Of a DNA stretch of 37,764 bases, positions 25,332 through 33,580 are shown one piece after another. The position numbers and the translations under genes were made by a program. Origin of the DNA: Vicinamibacteria bacterium (lineage in GTDB: Bacteria; Acidobacteriota; Vicinamibacteria; Fen-336; JAGNNV01). The stretch lies in assembly GCA_031364765.1 (NCBI GenBank), contig JANLWV010000190.1, positions 1 to 37,764 of the forward strand, in the 5' to 3' direction. The number at the start of each line of letters is the position of its first letter. Position 1 is the stretch's first letter. The notes beneath the pieces are model-generated. The model searched no databases. It was not told where the DNA came from and saw only the letters and a program-made list of their open reading frames with translations.

Positions 25332-27098
25332 ATGACCGACGTGATCATGCCGCAGATGGGCGAATCCATCGCGGAAGGCACCGTCACAAAGTGGCTCAAA
25401 AAGGTCGGCGACGCGGTCAAACGGGATGAACCGCTCTTTGAGATATCCACCGACAAAGTCGACGCGGAGATTCCGGCGCCCATTGCCGGCGTGCTCACGG
25501 AGATCCTGATTCAGCCGGGCACCACGGTCGAAGTCGGCAGCGTGGTGGGAAGAATCGGCGGCGCCGGCGCTGCGGTCGCGTCCCCGGCTCCGACGGCGGC
25601 CGCCCCGGCTGCCCGTCCCCAGACACCCCCGGCCGTCCCGGCCACGGCTCCGATTCCCACATACGCACCCGCTCCGCCTAAACCTCCGGTCGTGGCCGCG
25701 GCGCCTGTAGCTCCGTTTCCCGCGCCCGCCCCCGCTCCGCCTAAGCCTCCGGTCGTGGCCGCGGCGCCTGCAGCTCTGTTTCCCGCGCCCGCACCCGCTC
25801 CACCGAAACTTCCCGCCGTTGCTGCAGCCCCCGCTGCCGCGCCAGCCGACGACAGTTCTTCGGCTGTCAACTCCGTTGCCGAGCCCTCTCGCGAAGGTAT
25901 GACTTCCAGCGAGCTCCGAATGGCGCGGAGTTCTCCGGTCGTCCGGAAGATTGCGCTCGAGTACGGAGTCGACATCAACGAGGTACGCGGAACGGGTCTC
26001 GGTGGCCGGGTCACTCGCGAAGACATCCTGTCCTATGTTGAGACGCGGACGCACGCCACGATCCGCCAAGACGCGCCGGCGGCGGCGCCCGCGGCCGCCG
26101 CTTCCCATGCACCTCCGCCCCCCGTGGCCGCGCGCACGCCGGAAGCCCCGCCTCCCGTCCCGGCCGTCGCCCCTCCTCCCGTCCCGGTCGTAGCCCCGGT
26201 CCCGGTCCCGGCAGCAGCCCCTCCTCCCGTCCCGGCCGCAGCCACGCTTCCGGTCCGAGCCGTAGCCCCACCCCCGGTTCCCAGAGTTCCCCCGGTGGCT
26301 CCGCCCCCGATGCCCGCCCTCCGTTCGGCCGCAGTGGCGATCGGCGTGCCGGACGCGCCGCCATCGACAAACACTGGGCAAACCCCGGCGCCCAGGTCCA
26401 CCGGGCCGCGAGTGGACGTGGTCCCGATGTCGCCCATCCGGAAGAAGACGGCCGACCACATGGTCCTCTCGAAGCGGACCTCGGCTCATGTCTCGACGGT
26501 CTGGGAAGTCGACATGACCCAGGTGGCCATGCTTCGGGCGAAGTACAAGCCAGCCTACCTGGAGCGCAGCAACGTGAATCTCACGTATACGCCGTTCATC
26601 GTGAAGGCGGCGACCGATGCCCTCAAGATATTCAAGGTCCTCAACGCGAGTGTGGAAGGCGACTCCATCGTCTACCGCAGGGACATCAATATCGGCATAG
26701 CCGTGGCCCTCGACTGGGGCCTCATTGTGCCGGTGATCTCCGCAGCGGACGAGAAGAACATCCTCGGTCTCGCCCGGGCGGTGAACGATCTTGGTGAACG
26801 GGCGCGCACCAAGAAACTAAGAGTCGAGGAAGTCCAGGGTGGGACCTTCACGATCACGAATCCGGGAGTCTTTGGTTCCCTTTTCGGCACGCCCATCATC
26901 TCTCAGCCGCAGGTTGCCATCCTCGGCGTGGGCACCATAGAGAAGCGTCCGGTGGTTCGTGAAGACGCCATCGCCATTCGGACCATGGCCTACTTCTGTC
27001 TGACCTTCGACCATCGCATCGTGGACGGATCGGAAGCCGACAAGTTCATGGCCCACTTCAAGAACAGCCTCCAGAACTTCGACGAATCGGCACTCTAG
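25332..27098 (+). CDS. dihydrolipoamide acyltransferase (E2) of the 2-oxoacid dehydrogenase complex, with unusually long repetitive Pro/Ala linkers
   Basis: ATG 25332 is preceded by GAGG. Lipoyl domain (MPQMGESIAEGTVTKWLKKVGD...EISTDKVDAEIPAP), E3/E1-binding domain (SSPVVRKIALEYGVDINEVRGTGLGGRVTREDI) and catalytic domain with DHRIVDG. The ORF is open from 25254, but the N-terminal homology starts at 25332. Confidence 0.92.
   Translation: MTDVIMPQMGESIAEGTVTKWLKKVGDAVKRDEPLFEISTDKVDAEIPAPIAGVLTEILIQPGTTVEVGSVVGRIGGAGAAVASPAPTAAAPAARPQTPPAVPATAPIPTYAPAPPKPPVVAAAPVAPFPAPAPAPPKPPVVAAAPAALFPAPAPAPPKLPAVAAAPAAAPADDSSSAVNSVAEPSREGMTSSELRMARSSPVVRKIALEYGVDINEVRGTGLGGRVTREDILSYVETRTHATIRQDAPAAAPAAAASHAPPPPVAARTPEAPPPVPAVAPPPVPVVAPVPVPAAAPPPVPAAATLPVRAVAPPPVPRVPPVAPPPMPALRSAAVAIGVPDAPPSTNTGQTPAPRSTGPRVDVVPMSPIRKKTADHMVLSKRTSAHVSTVWEVDMTQVAMLRAKYKPAYLERSNVNLTYTPFIVKAATDALKIFKVLNASVEGDSIVYRRDINIGIAVALDWGLIVPVISAADEKNILGLARAVNDLGERARTKKLRVEEVQGGTFTITNPGVFGSLFGTPIISQPQVAILGVGTIEKRPVVREDAIAIRTMAYFCLTFDHRIVDGSEADKFMAHFKNSLQNFDESAL
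25688..25850 (+). repeat. 63-bp (21-codon) tandem repeat, ~2.6 copies, inside E2 linker 1
   Basis: Units start at 25688, 25751 and 25814. Units 1 and 2 differ at 4 of 63 positions by my alignment. They encode PAPPKPPVVAAAPxAxFPAPA. Confidence 0.85.
26145..26288 (+). repeat. degenerate 24-bp (8-codon, APPPVPxx) tandem repeat inside E2 linker 2
   Basis: GCCCC(T/G)CCTCCCGTCCCGG-type units at 26145, 26169, 26193 and 26217, with more degenerate units following. Confidence 0.6.
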
Positions 27099-27274
27099 TT
27101 ACGACCTCGGACGCAAGTCAGGCCAAGGCGGCGGGCGGTGAGAAAACACCGCTCGACATCCGCCACCTCGGTCGGGTCTCCTACGCTAAAGGCCTCGCCC
27201 TTCAGGAGCAACTCGTCGAGGAGCGGAAACGTGGCGTCGTCTTCGACACTCTGCTGCTTCTGGAGCACGACCCC

Positions 27275-27793
27275 GTGGTCACGCTCGGTCGTAACGCTCG
27301 GGCCGAAAACCTCCTCACCTCCGAAGCCCTTCTGCGAGTGTTTGGGGTGGACCTTTTTGAAGCGGGGCGGGGCGGTGACGTGACGTACCACGGTCCCGGG
27401 CAGGTGGTGGGATACCCGATCATCGAGATTCCGGAAGGACGGAGGGACGTCCATCGGTACGTGCGCGATCTCGAGGAAGTGATGATCCGCGTCAGCGGTG
27501 ACTACGGTTTCACCGCGAGGCGGATCGCCGGGAAGAGCGGCACATTTGTTGGAGATGACAAGATCGGGGCGGTCGGCGTCCGGATTTCGCGCTGGGTAAC
27601 GTCCCATGGCTTCGCCTTCAACGCAAACACGAATCTGTCCGGGTTCGACCTCATCGTTCCCTGCGGTCTTCGCGACCAGGGCGTCACCTCGCTACAGAAG
27701 TTACTCGGAGGCGAGGTCGATCAGCACGAGGTCGAGGAACGACTCGGCGCCCGCTTCAGAGAGGTTTTTGGCTATGAGGTCAAACACCCGTAG
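27275..27793 (+). CDS. lipB: lipoyl(octanoyl) transferase LipB (uninterrupted ORF only; homology continues upstream without an in-frame start, see findings)
   Basis: Motifs RGGDVTYHGPGQVVGYPI, KIGAVGVRISRWVTSHGFAFN and catalytic LIVPCGL. The same frame upstream (27140-27274) encodes the conserved LipB N-terminus (LDIRHLGRVSYAKGLALQEQL...LLLLEHDPV) but holds no ATG/GTG/TTG. Confidence 0.88.
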   Translation: MVTLGRNARAENLLTSEALLRVFGVDLFEAGRGGDVTYHGPGQVVGYPIIEIPEGRRDVHRYVRDLEEVMIRVSGDYGFTARRIAGKSGTFVGDDKIGAVGVRISRWVTSHGFAFNANTNLSGFDLIVPCGLRDQGVTSLQKLLGGEVDQHEVEERLGARFREVFGYEVKHP

Positions 27794-28208
27794 CCAGCAG
27801 GTAGATCCAGTTGATCGCAGCGAGGATGACACCAGCGATCAGGATAAACCGCGACGCCCTCCCTTCCATTCGGACGACGGTTCGTTTCGAAGCAAGGAGA
27901 AGGAGAGCATCGAACGCCCCCCAGGTCAGGAGGCCGAGCGTCCCCACGGTCACCAGGGGCTGGATGGCAAGGGCACTCGGCAGGTCAAATCGCGAGAGGT
28001 GGCCGAAGGCCCGGGTAGCGCCACAGGTCAGGCATGCGTGACCGGTCAAGGCCTTGAAATAGCAGAACGAGAAGCCCGCGTGGTCGAGTCCGGAGAGCCG
28101 GATGACGGCGCACGCGAGCAGCACCACACCGGCCAGCGTCATGGGCCCGGTAGGGGTCCGTTCGCCCATCCTCGGACCGACGGAAACCCGAAACGACCTC
28201 TCCAGCAT
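27780..28208 (-). CDS. DUF2752 domain-containing membrane protein
   Basis: 142-aa ORF with the motif CYFKALTGHACLTCGATRA and flanking TM segments. It overlaps the lipB 3' end by 14 bp (convergent). Confidence 0.72.
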   Translation of the reverse strand: MLERSFRVSVGPRMGERTPTGPMTLAGVVLLACAVIRLSGLDHAGFSFCYFKALTGHACLTCGATRAFGHLSRFDLPSALAIQPLVTVGTLGLLTWGAFDALLLLASKRTVVRMEGRASRFILIAGVILAAINWIYLLATGV

Positions 28209-28232
28209 GGGCCGCTATAGTACGCGGGCTCT

Positions 28233-28523
28233 ATGGTTGAGATCGAAGACAAACTCCTCACCCACATCGCGACCCTGGCGCGACTTTCCCTCTCGAAGGA
28301 GGAAACCCGGTCGCTCGCCCAGGACCTCCGAGAGATCCTGAAGTATGCGGAGTCGCTCGAGGCCATCGACCTCGTGGGTGTGCCACCGATGAGCCATGGA
28401 ACCGAAGGCGAACGCTTCCGGCCCGACGAGGCGAAACACGATTTGACGCGTGATGACGCGCTTCGGAATGCTCCCGACAAAGAAGCGGGCCTGTTCCGCG
28501 TCCCCCAGGTGCTTGGCGGATGA
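28233..28523 (+). CDS. gatC: Asp-tRNA(Asn)/Glu-tRNA(Gln) amidotransferase subunit C
   Basis: 96-aa ORF with a GatC-typical sequence ([13 protein letters not shown]...[24 protein letters not shown]). ATGA overlap with gatA. Confidence 0.92.
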   Translation: MVEIEDKLLTHIATLARLSLSKEETRSLAQDLREILKYAESLEAIDLVGVPPMSHGTEGERFRPDEAKHDLTRDDALRNAPDKEAGLFRVPQVLGG

Positions 28524-29989
28524 GCGCCCTCACGTCCATGGGCGTGGGCGAGCTCGCGGCGGCGATCAGAGGAAAGAAGGCTTCGGCGAGCGAGGTCGTG
28601 GAGGCGCATCTTTCGCGCATCGCCAAGAAGGATGGCGGGATCGGAGCGTTTCTAGCCCTCTCCGACGACGCGGCTCGGGCGGAGGCGAGAACCATCGACG
28701 CGCGGCTCGCTCAAGGCGAAGACCTCGGACCGCTGGCCGGCGTGCCCATCGCGGTCAAGGATGTGATGCATGTCCGCGGACTCCCCACGACCTGCGGTTC
28801 AAAGATTCTCAAGGGCTTCCAGCCGCCCTATGAAGCGACGGCGATCACGAGACTGAAGAGCGCGGGCGCCATCGTTCTCGGGAAACTCAACATGGATGAG
28901 TTCGCGATGGGTTCCTCCAACGAGAACAGCGCCTTTGGGCCGGTTCGGAATCCCTGGGACGTGACGCGGGTGCCCGGAGGGTCGTCGGGAGGGTCGGCGG
29001 CGGCGGTCTCCGCAGGCTTCGCCGCCCTGGCTTTAGGGTCGGATACCGGCGGATCGATTCGGCAGCCGGCGGCTTTTTGCGGTGTCGTCGGTCTCAAGCC
29101 CACCTACGGTCGCGTCAGTCGATATGGCCTGGTCGCGTTTGCGTCCTCGCTCGACCAGATTGGTCCTCTGACAAGGTCCTGCGGTGACGCGGCCCTGGCG
29201 CTGTCGGTCATCGCCGGGCAGGACGTGCACGACGCTACGAGCAGTCCGCGAGCCACGGACGACTACGGTGCTTCGCTGTCTCAACCGACAAGGGGACTCC
29301 GAGTGGGCGTCCCCCGCGCCTTCCTCAAAACCGGGGTCGACGCCGGCGTCCTTGCGGAGTTCGACCGGACGATCGCCGCGCTCCAGGCGGACGGAGCGGA
29401 GGTTGTCGACATAGCGCTGCCGAACGCGCCCCACGCCATTGCCACCTACTACCTGGTGGCCACGGCGGAGGCCTCGTCGAATCTCGCGAGATTTGACGGC
29501 GTGAGGTACGGTCTGCGGGTCGATTCCGAGGCCGCCCGCGCGACCCTCAAGGACATGTACGGAGAAACCCGGGATGCGGGGTTTGGCCCCGAGGTCAAGC
29601 GCCGGATCATTCTCGGGACTTTCGTCCTCTCCTCGGGCTACTACGATGCCTACTATCTCCGGGCTCAAAAGGTCCGGACCCTCATCCGTCGCGACTTCGA
29701 GACCGCGTTTGCCTCGTGTGACGTGATCGCAACGCCCACCACACCGTCGACCGCGTTCAAGCTCGGAGAGAAGACGGCGAACCCGCTTGAGATGTACCTC
29801 GCGGATGTCTTCACGGTACCCGCCAATCTCGCTGGCGTGCCGGGGATCTCGGTGCCGTGCGGCGTCTCGAATAGCCTTCCGGTAGGGATGCAGTTCGTGG
29901 GTCCGGCATTCGCGGAAGCCACACTCCTCCGAGCAGGTGGCGCGGTGGAACGGCTGATGGGCGTCGGCGCGAACCGTCCGCCGCTCTAG
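28520..29989 (+). CDS. gatA: Asp-tRNA(Asn)/Glu-tRNA(Gln) amidotransferase subunit A
   Basis: 489-aa ORF with the amidase signature ([42 protein letters not shown]) and typical GatA N- and C-termini. Confidence 0.95.
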   Translation: MSALTSMGVGELAAAIRGKKASASEVVEAHLSRIAKKDGGIGAFLALSDDAARAEARTIDARLAQGEDLGPLAGVPIAVKDVMHVRGLPTTCGSKILKGFQPPYEATAITRLKSAGAIVLGKLNMDEFAMGSSNENSAFGPVRNPWDVTRVPGGSSGGSAAAVSAGFAALALGSDTGGSIRQPAAFCGVVGLKPTYGRVSRYGLVAFASSLDQIGPLTRSCGDAALALSVIAGQDVHDATSSPRATDDYGASLSQPTRGLRVGVPRAFLKTGVDAGVLAEFDRTIAALQADGAEVVDIALPNAPHAIATYYLVATAEASSNLARFDGVRYGLRVDSEAARATLKDMYGETRDAGFGPEVKRRIILGTFVLSSGYYDAYYLRAQKVRTLIRRDFETAFASCDVIATPTTPSTAFKLGEKTANPLEMYLADVFTVPANLAGVPGISVPCGVSNSLPVGMQFVGPAFAEATLLRAGGAVERLMGVGANRPPL

Positions 29990-30195
29990 TGTCCCGCCTC
30001 GTAAGTACGCGACACATGGGAGCGCCGATGCATCCCGGATCGCTGCGTTGCTCGTGGCCCAAGGCCAGGCTTGCGCTTCCCCAAGGGGAAGCTTCGCGCT
30101 CGTTGCATATGCTGGATATGCGGCCTCCTCGACGCCTTGCCCTCCAGGCGCCTCGACACTCGCATGTGCCACGTACCTACGAGGCGGGACACTAG
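29986..30195. repeat. 210-bp intergenic palindromic (MITE-like / long-hairpin) element bounded by CTAG
   Basis: 29986-30028 pairs with 30195-30153. The first 18 bp are perfect. Across 43 positions there are 37 Watson-Crick pairs, 5 A.C/C.A and 1 G.G. A central perfect hairpin GCTTCCCC-aa-GGGGAAGC lies at 30075-30092. The termini CTAG contain the stop codons of gatA (29987-29989) and of the minus-strand DUF2062 gene (30192-30194). Confidence 0.8.
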
Positions 30196-30650
30196 CCGCC
30201 AGCCTGGGCGTCTTCGGTCTTCCCTTTCAACCGCTGGGCCCGGGCCTCCAGGAACTTACGGCACAAAACGTAAGCGGGTGCGGCGACGACGAGACCCAGC
30301 ACCGTGTTCCCCAGCAAAATCGGCCAAAAGAGCGTGCTCAGCGTGGAGCTTAGAGCTCCGATCCCCTGACTCCAGTCGACGGCCTTCAGGTCCCCCGCGT
30401 CGACTCCGAGCAGCAACGCTCCAATGAAAGTACCAAAGGCATAACAGGGCGCCAGGGCCCACGCGTTGATCCAGGCCCCCGCGAGAACGGCCAAGCGATT
30501 CAGTCGGAAGAGGAAGGCGATGGCAATCGCTATCAGGGTATGGAGACCGAGCCAAGGCGAGAAGGCGATGAAAACCCCGACGCCGAACGCGAGTGCGGTG
30601 CGGTGCGGTGGGTCCTTCAGATGAAGAAGACTCTTCAGGGCGTCATGCAT
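30192..30650 (-). CDS. DUF2062 domain-containing membrane protein
   Basis: 152-aa ORF with a family-like N-terminus (PPHRTALAFGVGVFIAFSPWLGLHTLIAIAIAFLFRLNR) and 3-4 TM segments. Confidence 0.78.
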   Translation of the reverse strand: MHDALKSLLHLKDPPHRTALAFGVGVFIAFSPWLGLHTLIAIAIAFLFRLNRLAVLAGAWINAWALAPCYAFGTFIGALLLGVDAGDLKAVDWSQGIGALSSTLSTLFWPILLGNTVLGLVVAAPAYVLCRKFLEARAQRLKGKTEDAQAGG

Positions 30651-30703
30651 CAGGTTCTACGCGGCAATGAGGGCGACGTCGGATCACCGGGCGGTGCGGC
30701 CGG

Positions 30704-31795
30704 TTAGGTGACCGAGGAGACGTTCGAGCGCTGGGCCTCTTTGAAACCGAAGTGGTCGTAGCCCTGGGACTTGAGCGGCTCGATCCACTCGCCCACCTGG
30801 ATGGAAACCACCGGCGCTCCCACGACGAACTGACCGATGACCGTGATCGGCAGGTCCCAGACGAACGCCATATCCCTCACCGCATCGATGCTTTCGGGTG
30901 AAACCGCCATCAGCAGCTGGTAGTCCTCGCCCCCATGAAGCGCGAGCGGCAGAGGATCTCCTCCCCGGGCGCGTTCGATCATGGCGACCGCGGGATCCAC
31001 CGGAACCGCCAGGGGGTCGATGAGGGCGCCGATCGAGTTCTCCGCGCAAAGCCGGATCAGATCGATCGAGAGGCCATCGGAGAGATCCATCATGGCGCGC
31101 ACCGTGCCGGAGATTTCAGACATGGCGCGAGCAAAGGCGAGAGGCGGCGTTGGATCCAGCTGAGCGCGGACGCAGCGGGCGAGGGGAGCTTCGGAAGACG
31201 GCGTCCAGATTCCGGTATCAATGACCACGCCGTCGTCGGCGAGCCGCACACCCTCGCGAAGCAGCCGCAGTCCCTCGGCCGCGGCGCCCAGGCCGCCGGT
31301 GATAACGACCAGGTCGCCCACCTGCGCCCCCTGACGGAGAATCGGCCGATCGCCCGTGCCGAGAAGCGTGACGGCAATCGTGATAGGCCCGGTCGTGGCG
31401 GATAGGTTCCCGCCCACGATCCCCACGCCCACTTCGGCCGCGCGTTCGATGAGGCCCTCGTAGAGCCGGTCAAAAAAATCGACGGAGCAGGACGGCGGAA
31501 GACAAAGACTGATGAGGGCGTAACGAGGGACGCCCGACATGGCGCCGATGTCCGAGAGATTGACCGAAAGAGCCTTGCGCCCCAGAAGCCGCGCGGGGGT
31601 CAGGGCGCGATCAAAGTGAATTCCCTCCACCAAGGCGTCCGTGGTGAGAAGCGAGGCCGAGGTTGTATCGACAAGGGCGCAATCATCGCCAATTCCGACC
31701 TTCACACCCGGTGTTGCGGCGATACGGGAGCGCAAACGCGCGATGAGGGCACGCTCCCCCACGGAGGAAACAGTTTCGGTGTTTTCGTCGCTCAA
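30704..31795 (-). CDS. thiL: thiamine-monophosphate kinase
   Basis: 363-aa ORF with an AIR-synthase-related fold and ThiL motifs (GERALIARL, GIGDDCALV, TTDALVEGIHF, GGNLS, DLSDGL). Confidence 0.9.
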   Translation of the reverse strand: MSDENTETVSSVGERALIARLRSRIAATPGVKVGIGDDCALVDTTSASLLTTDALVEGIHFDRALTPARLLGRKALSVNLSDIGAMSGVPRYALISLCLPPSCSVDFFDRLYEGLIERAAEVGVGIVGGNLSATTGPITIAVTLLGTGDRPILRQGAQVGDLVVITGGLGAAAEGLRLLREGVRLADDGVVIDTGIWTPSSEAPLARCVRAQLDPTPPLAFARAMSEISGTVRAMMDLSDGLSIDLIRLCAENSIGALIDPLAVPVDPAVAMIERARGGDPLPLALHGGEDYQLLMAVSPESIDAVRDMAFVWDLPITVIGQFVVGAPVVSIQVGEWIEPLKSQGYDHFGFKEAQRSNVSSVT

Positions 31796-31953
31796 GAAGG
31801 GGTAACTCGCCCGGGACTTTACCAGCGTCTATGACCTCACAAGGCGCGGGGACAGGGTGAACAGATGTGCAGCGCTGGTCGACACCGCCGTTCGCCCGTG
31901 CGGCGAGCGGTGTATCCTGCCTCGAACACCCGCCCCGGCAAGAAGTTCAAGTA

Positions 31954-33405
31954 ATGGTCCACGCGACTTTCCAGAAGAGATTCTCCGCGGTCTCCGTGGC
32001 CGCAGCCGTTCTCGGATCCGGAGCCCTGGAGGCGAGAGGTCAGGACTTCGCCCGGGTCAATCAGGATGAGCTCGCGTCCTTCTACGGACGCATGAACGTG
32101 GTGGTGGGCTCAGGCGCCCGGGCCTTCGGCATGGGCGGAGCTTTTCTGGCCCGGGCCGATGACGCGACCGCCGCTTCCTGGAACCCCGCGGGCCTGAGCT
32201 ACCTGCGGCGCTCTGAACTCTCTCTGGTCGGAGCTCAAAACGATTTCTCTCAAAGAATCCCAAGGCTCGACGAGTCCACGGCGCCCTCGCAGCCGATCAC
32301 CAGCACGGACCAGCTTCGAGGTTCCGTAGCCGATTTCATCGGAGCCGCCTATCCCCTGCGGGTCGGGGGACGAACCGGGGCCATTCAGCTTTCGTATCAG
32401 CGCAGCTTCTCCTTCTCTGGAAGCAGACGAAGCGAGGGAACCATGCTGAAGAGCGGGTTCCTTCCGAACGGAGAGAAGATTCTCCCCACCGAGTTCACGG
32501 TTGAGGGAAGAGGCGGCTTCGACACCCTCTCCCTCTCGTCCGGTTTCGAGGTTCACCACCGTCTGCGCGTCGGGGTGAGCGTGAACCGATGGATCAACGG
32601 ATTTTCACAGGAAGTGATCCGGCCGGACCGGAAGATCGAGAGCGACTGGTTCATCGCGGGAACAAACTTCAATTTCGGGCTGCTCTTCACACCCGCACCG
32701 AAGCTCAATCTGGGGGCGGTTTTGAAGACCCCCTTTGGCGCCAACATCTTTCTCACCAAGGACCGGACAGACGTCGGGACGGCCCTCGACGGGACCACGG
32801 GTCAAGTCCCGACCCCAACCATCAATCATGAAGAGGGGGATGTGCGAATCCGGTTTCCCAGCGTCTATGGCCTGGGCGCTTCGTACCGCGTCACCAACAC
32901 GATCACTCTTTCCGCTGACTTCACGCGCACCGCCTGGTCGAACGCGACAATCGCGGGCTTTTTTTCACTGCCACAGAGGGACGTGACCCCCCGAGTGGAT
33001 CTCTATCAAACACTGCCCTTCCCGGCCGTTGAAGAAGGGAGGAATGGCCAGGCCGATACCAGCCAGTTACGAATTGGCGCCGAATGGGTCCTGCGTCTGG
33101 GCCCGTCGGGAAATGTCCTGCTTCCGGTGCGGGCAGGCTTCTTTCGAGACGGTCAGCCCGTGATCATCAGACTCAACAGTCCGGTGGGCGCATTGCCCCT
33201 TCCCGACGTAAAGCCCTCGTTCTCCGGAGTCACGGCCGGCCTTGGCGTCACGGTCGGGAGGGTTCTCTTCGACGTTGCGTACATTCGCGAAAGCGGGAAA
33301 GTACCGGCCTCCAGAAAGAACGACGGAATCGCCGACTCGGAGAGAGAGATCCGCTACCACCGACTCTTCGCGTCCATGATGATCCGGTTCGGTGAGCGGC
33401 GTTAG
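31954..33405 (+). CDS. outer-membrane beta-barrel protein (PorV/FadL-like family)
   Basis: ATG 31954 gives a signal peptide (FSAVSVAAAVLGSGALEARGQ). The N-terminal motif GARAFGMGGAFLARADDATAASWNPAGL is typical of PorV/PorQ/FadL-like barrels. There is an alternating beta-strand pattern and an aromatic-rich C-terminus (YHRLFASMMIRF). The ORF is open from 31867. Confidence 0.72.
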   Translation: MVHATFQKRFSAVSVAAAVLGSGALEARGQDFARVNQDELASFYGRMNVVVGSGARAFGMGGAFLARADDATAASWNPAGLSYLRRSELSLVGAQNDFSQRIPRLDESTAPSQPITSTDQLRGSVADFIGAAYPLRVGGRTGAIQLSYQRSFSFSGSRRSEGTMLKSGFLPNGEKILPTEFTVEGRGGFDTLSLSSGFEVHHRLRVGVSVNRWINGFSQEVIRPDRKIESDWFIAGTNFNFGLLFTPAPKLNLGAVLKTPFGANIFLTKDRTDVGTALDGTTGQVPTPTINHEEGDVRIRFPSVYGLGASYRVTNTITLSADFTRTAWSNATIAGFFSLPQRDVTPRVDLYQTLPFPAVEEGRNGQADTSQLRIGAEWVLRLGPSGNVLLPVRAGFFRDGQPVIIRLNSPVGALPLPDVKPSFSGVTAGLGVTVGRVLFDVAYIRESGKVPASRKNDGIADSEREIRYHRLFASMMIRFGERR

Positions 33406-33580
33406 GAGCCCGCCTTCCCCTGCTTGAGACGGTCGCGTCCTCGCTAGGCTTCGAAGACTGGGTCGCCAGCGTCGGCTCATACGGTCCAACTCTCTGTTGA
33501 TGTTTGATTTAGCCTTTCGAACCCCCTGGGCACGATCGTTGCTTCGCTCTTTCGATACCAACCTCGGGAGATTGCTGATC

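Noticed and set aside
25302-26489. 395-aa Arg/Gly-rich ORF antisense to the E2 gene (also 25511-26026, 26033-26461)
   Set aside because: It is the mirror image of the Pro/Ala-rich linker codons (GCC/CCG read as GGC/CGG) and has no domain signal.
29986-30195. Two mirror-image 68-aa ORFs (29989-30195 plus strand, 29986-30192 minus strand), both starting MSRLV and ending RTYEAGH
   Set aside because: The similarity is a direct consequence of translating both strands of an inverted repeat. I see no coding signal, and the feature is better explained as a DNA/RNA palindrome.
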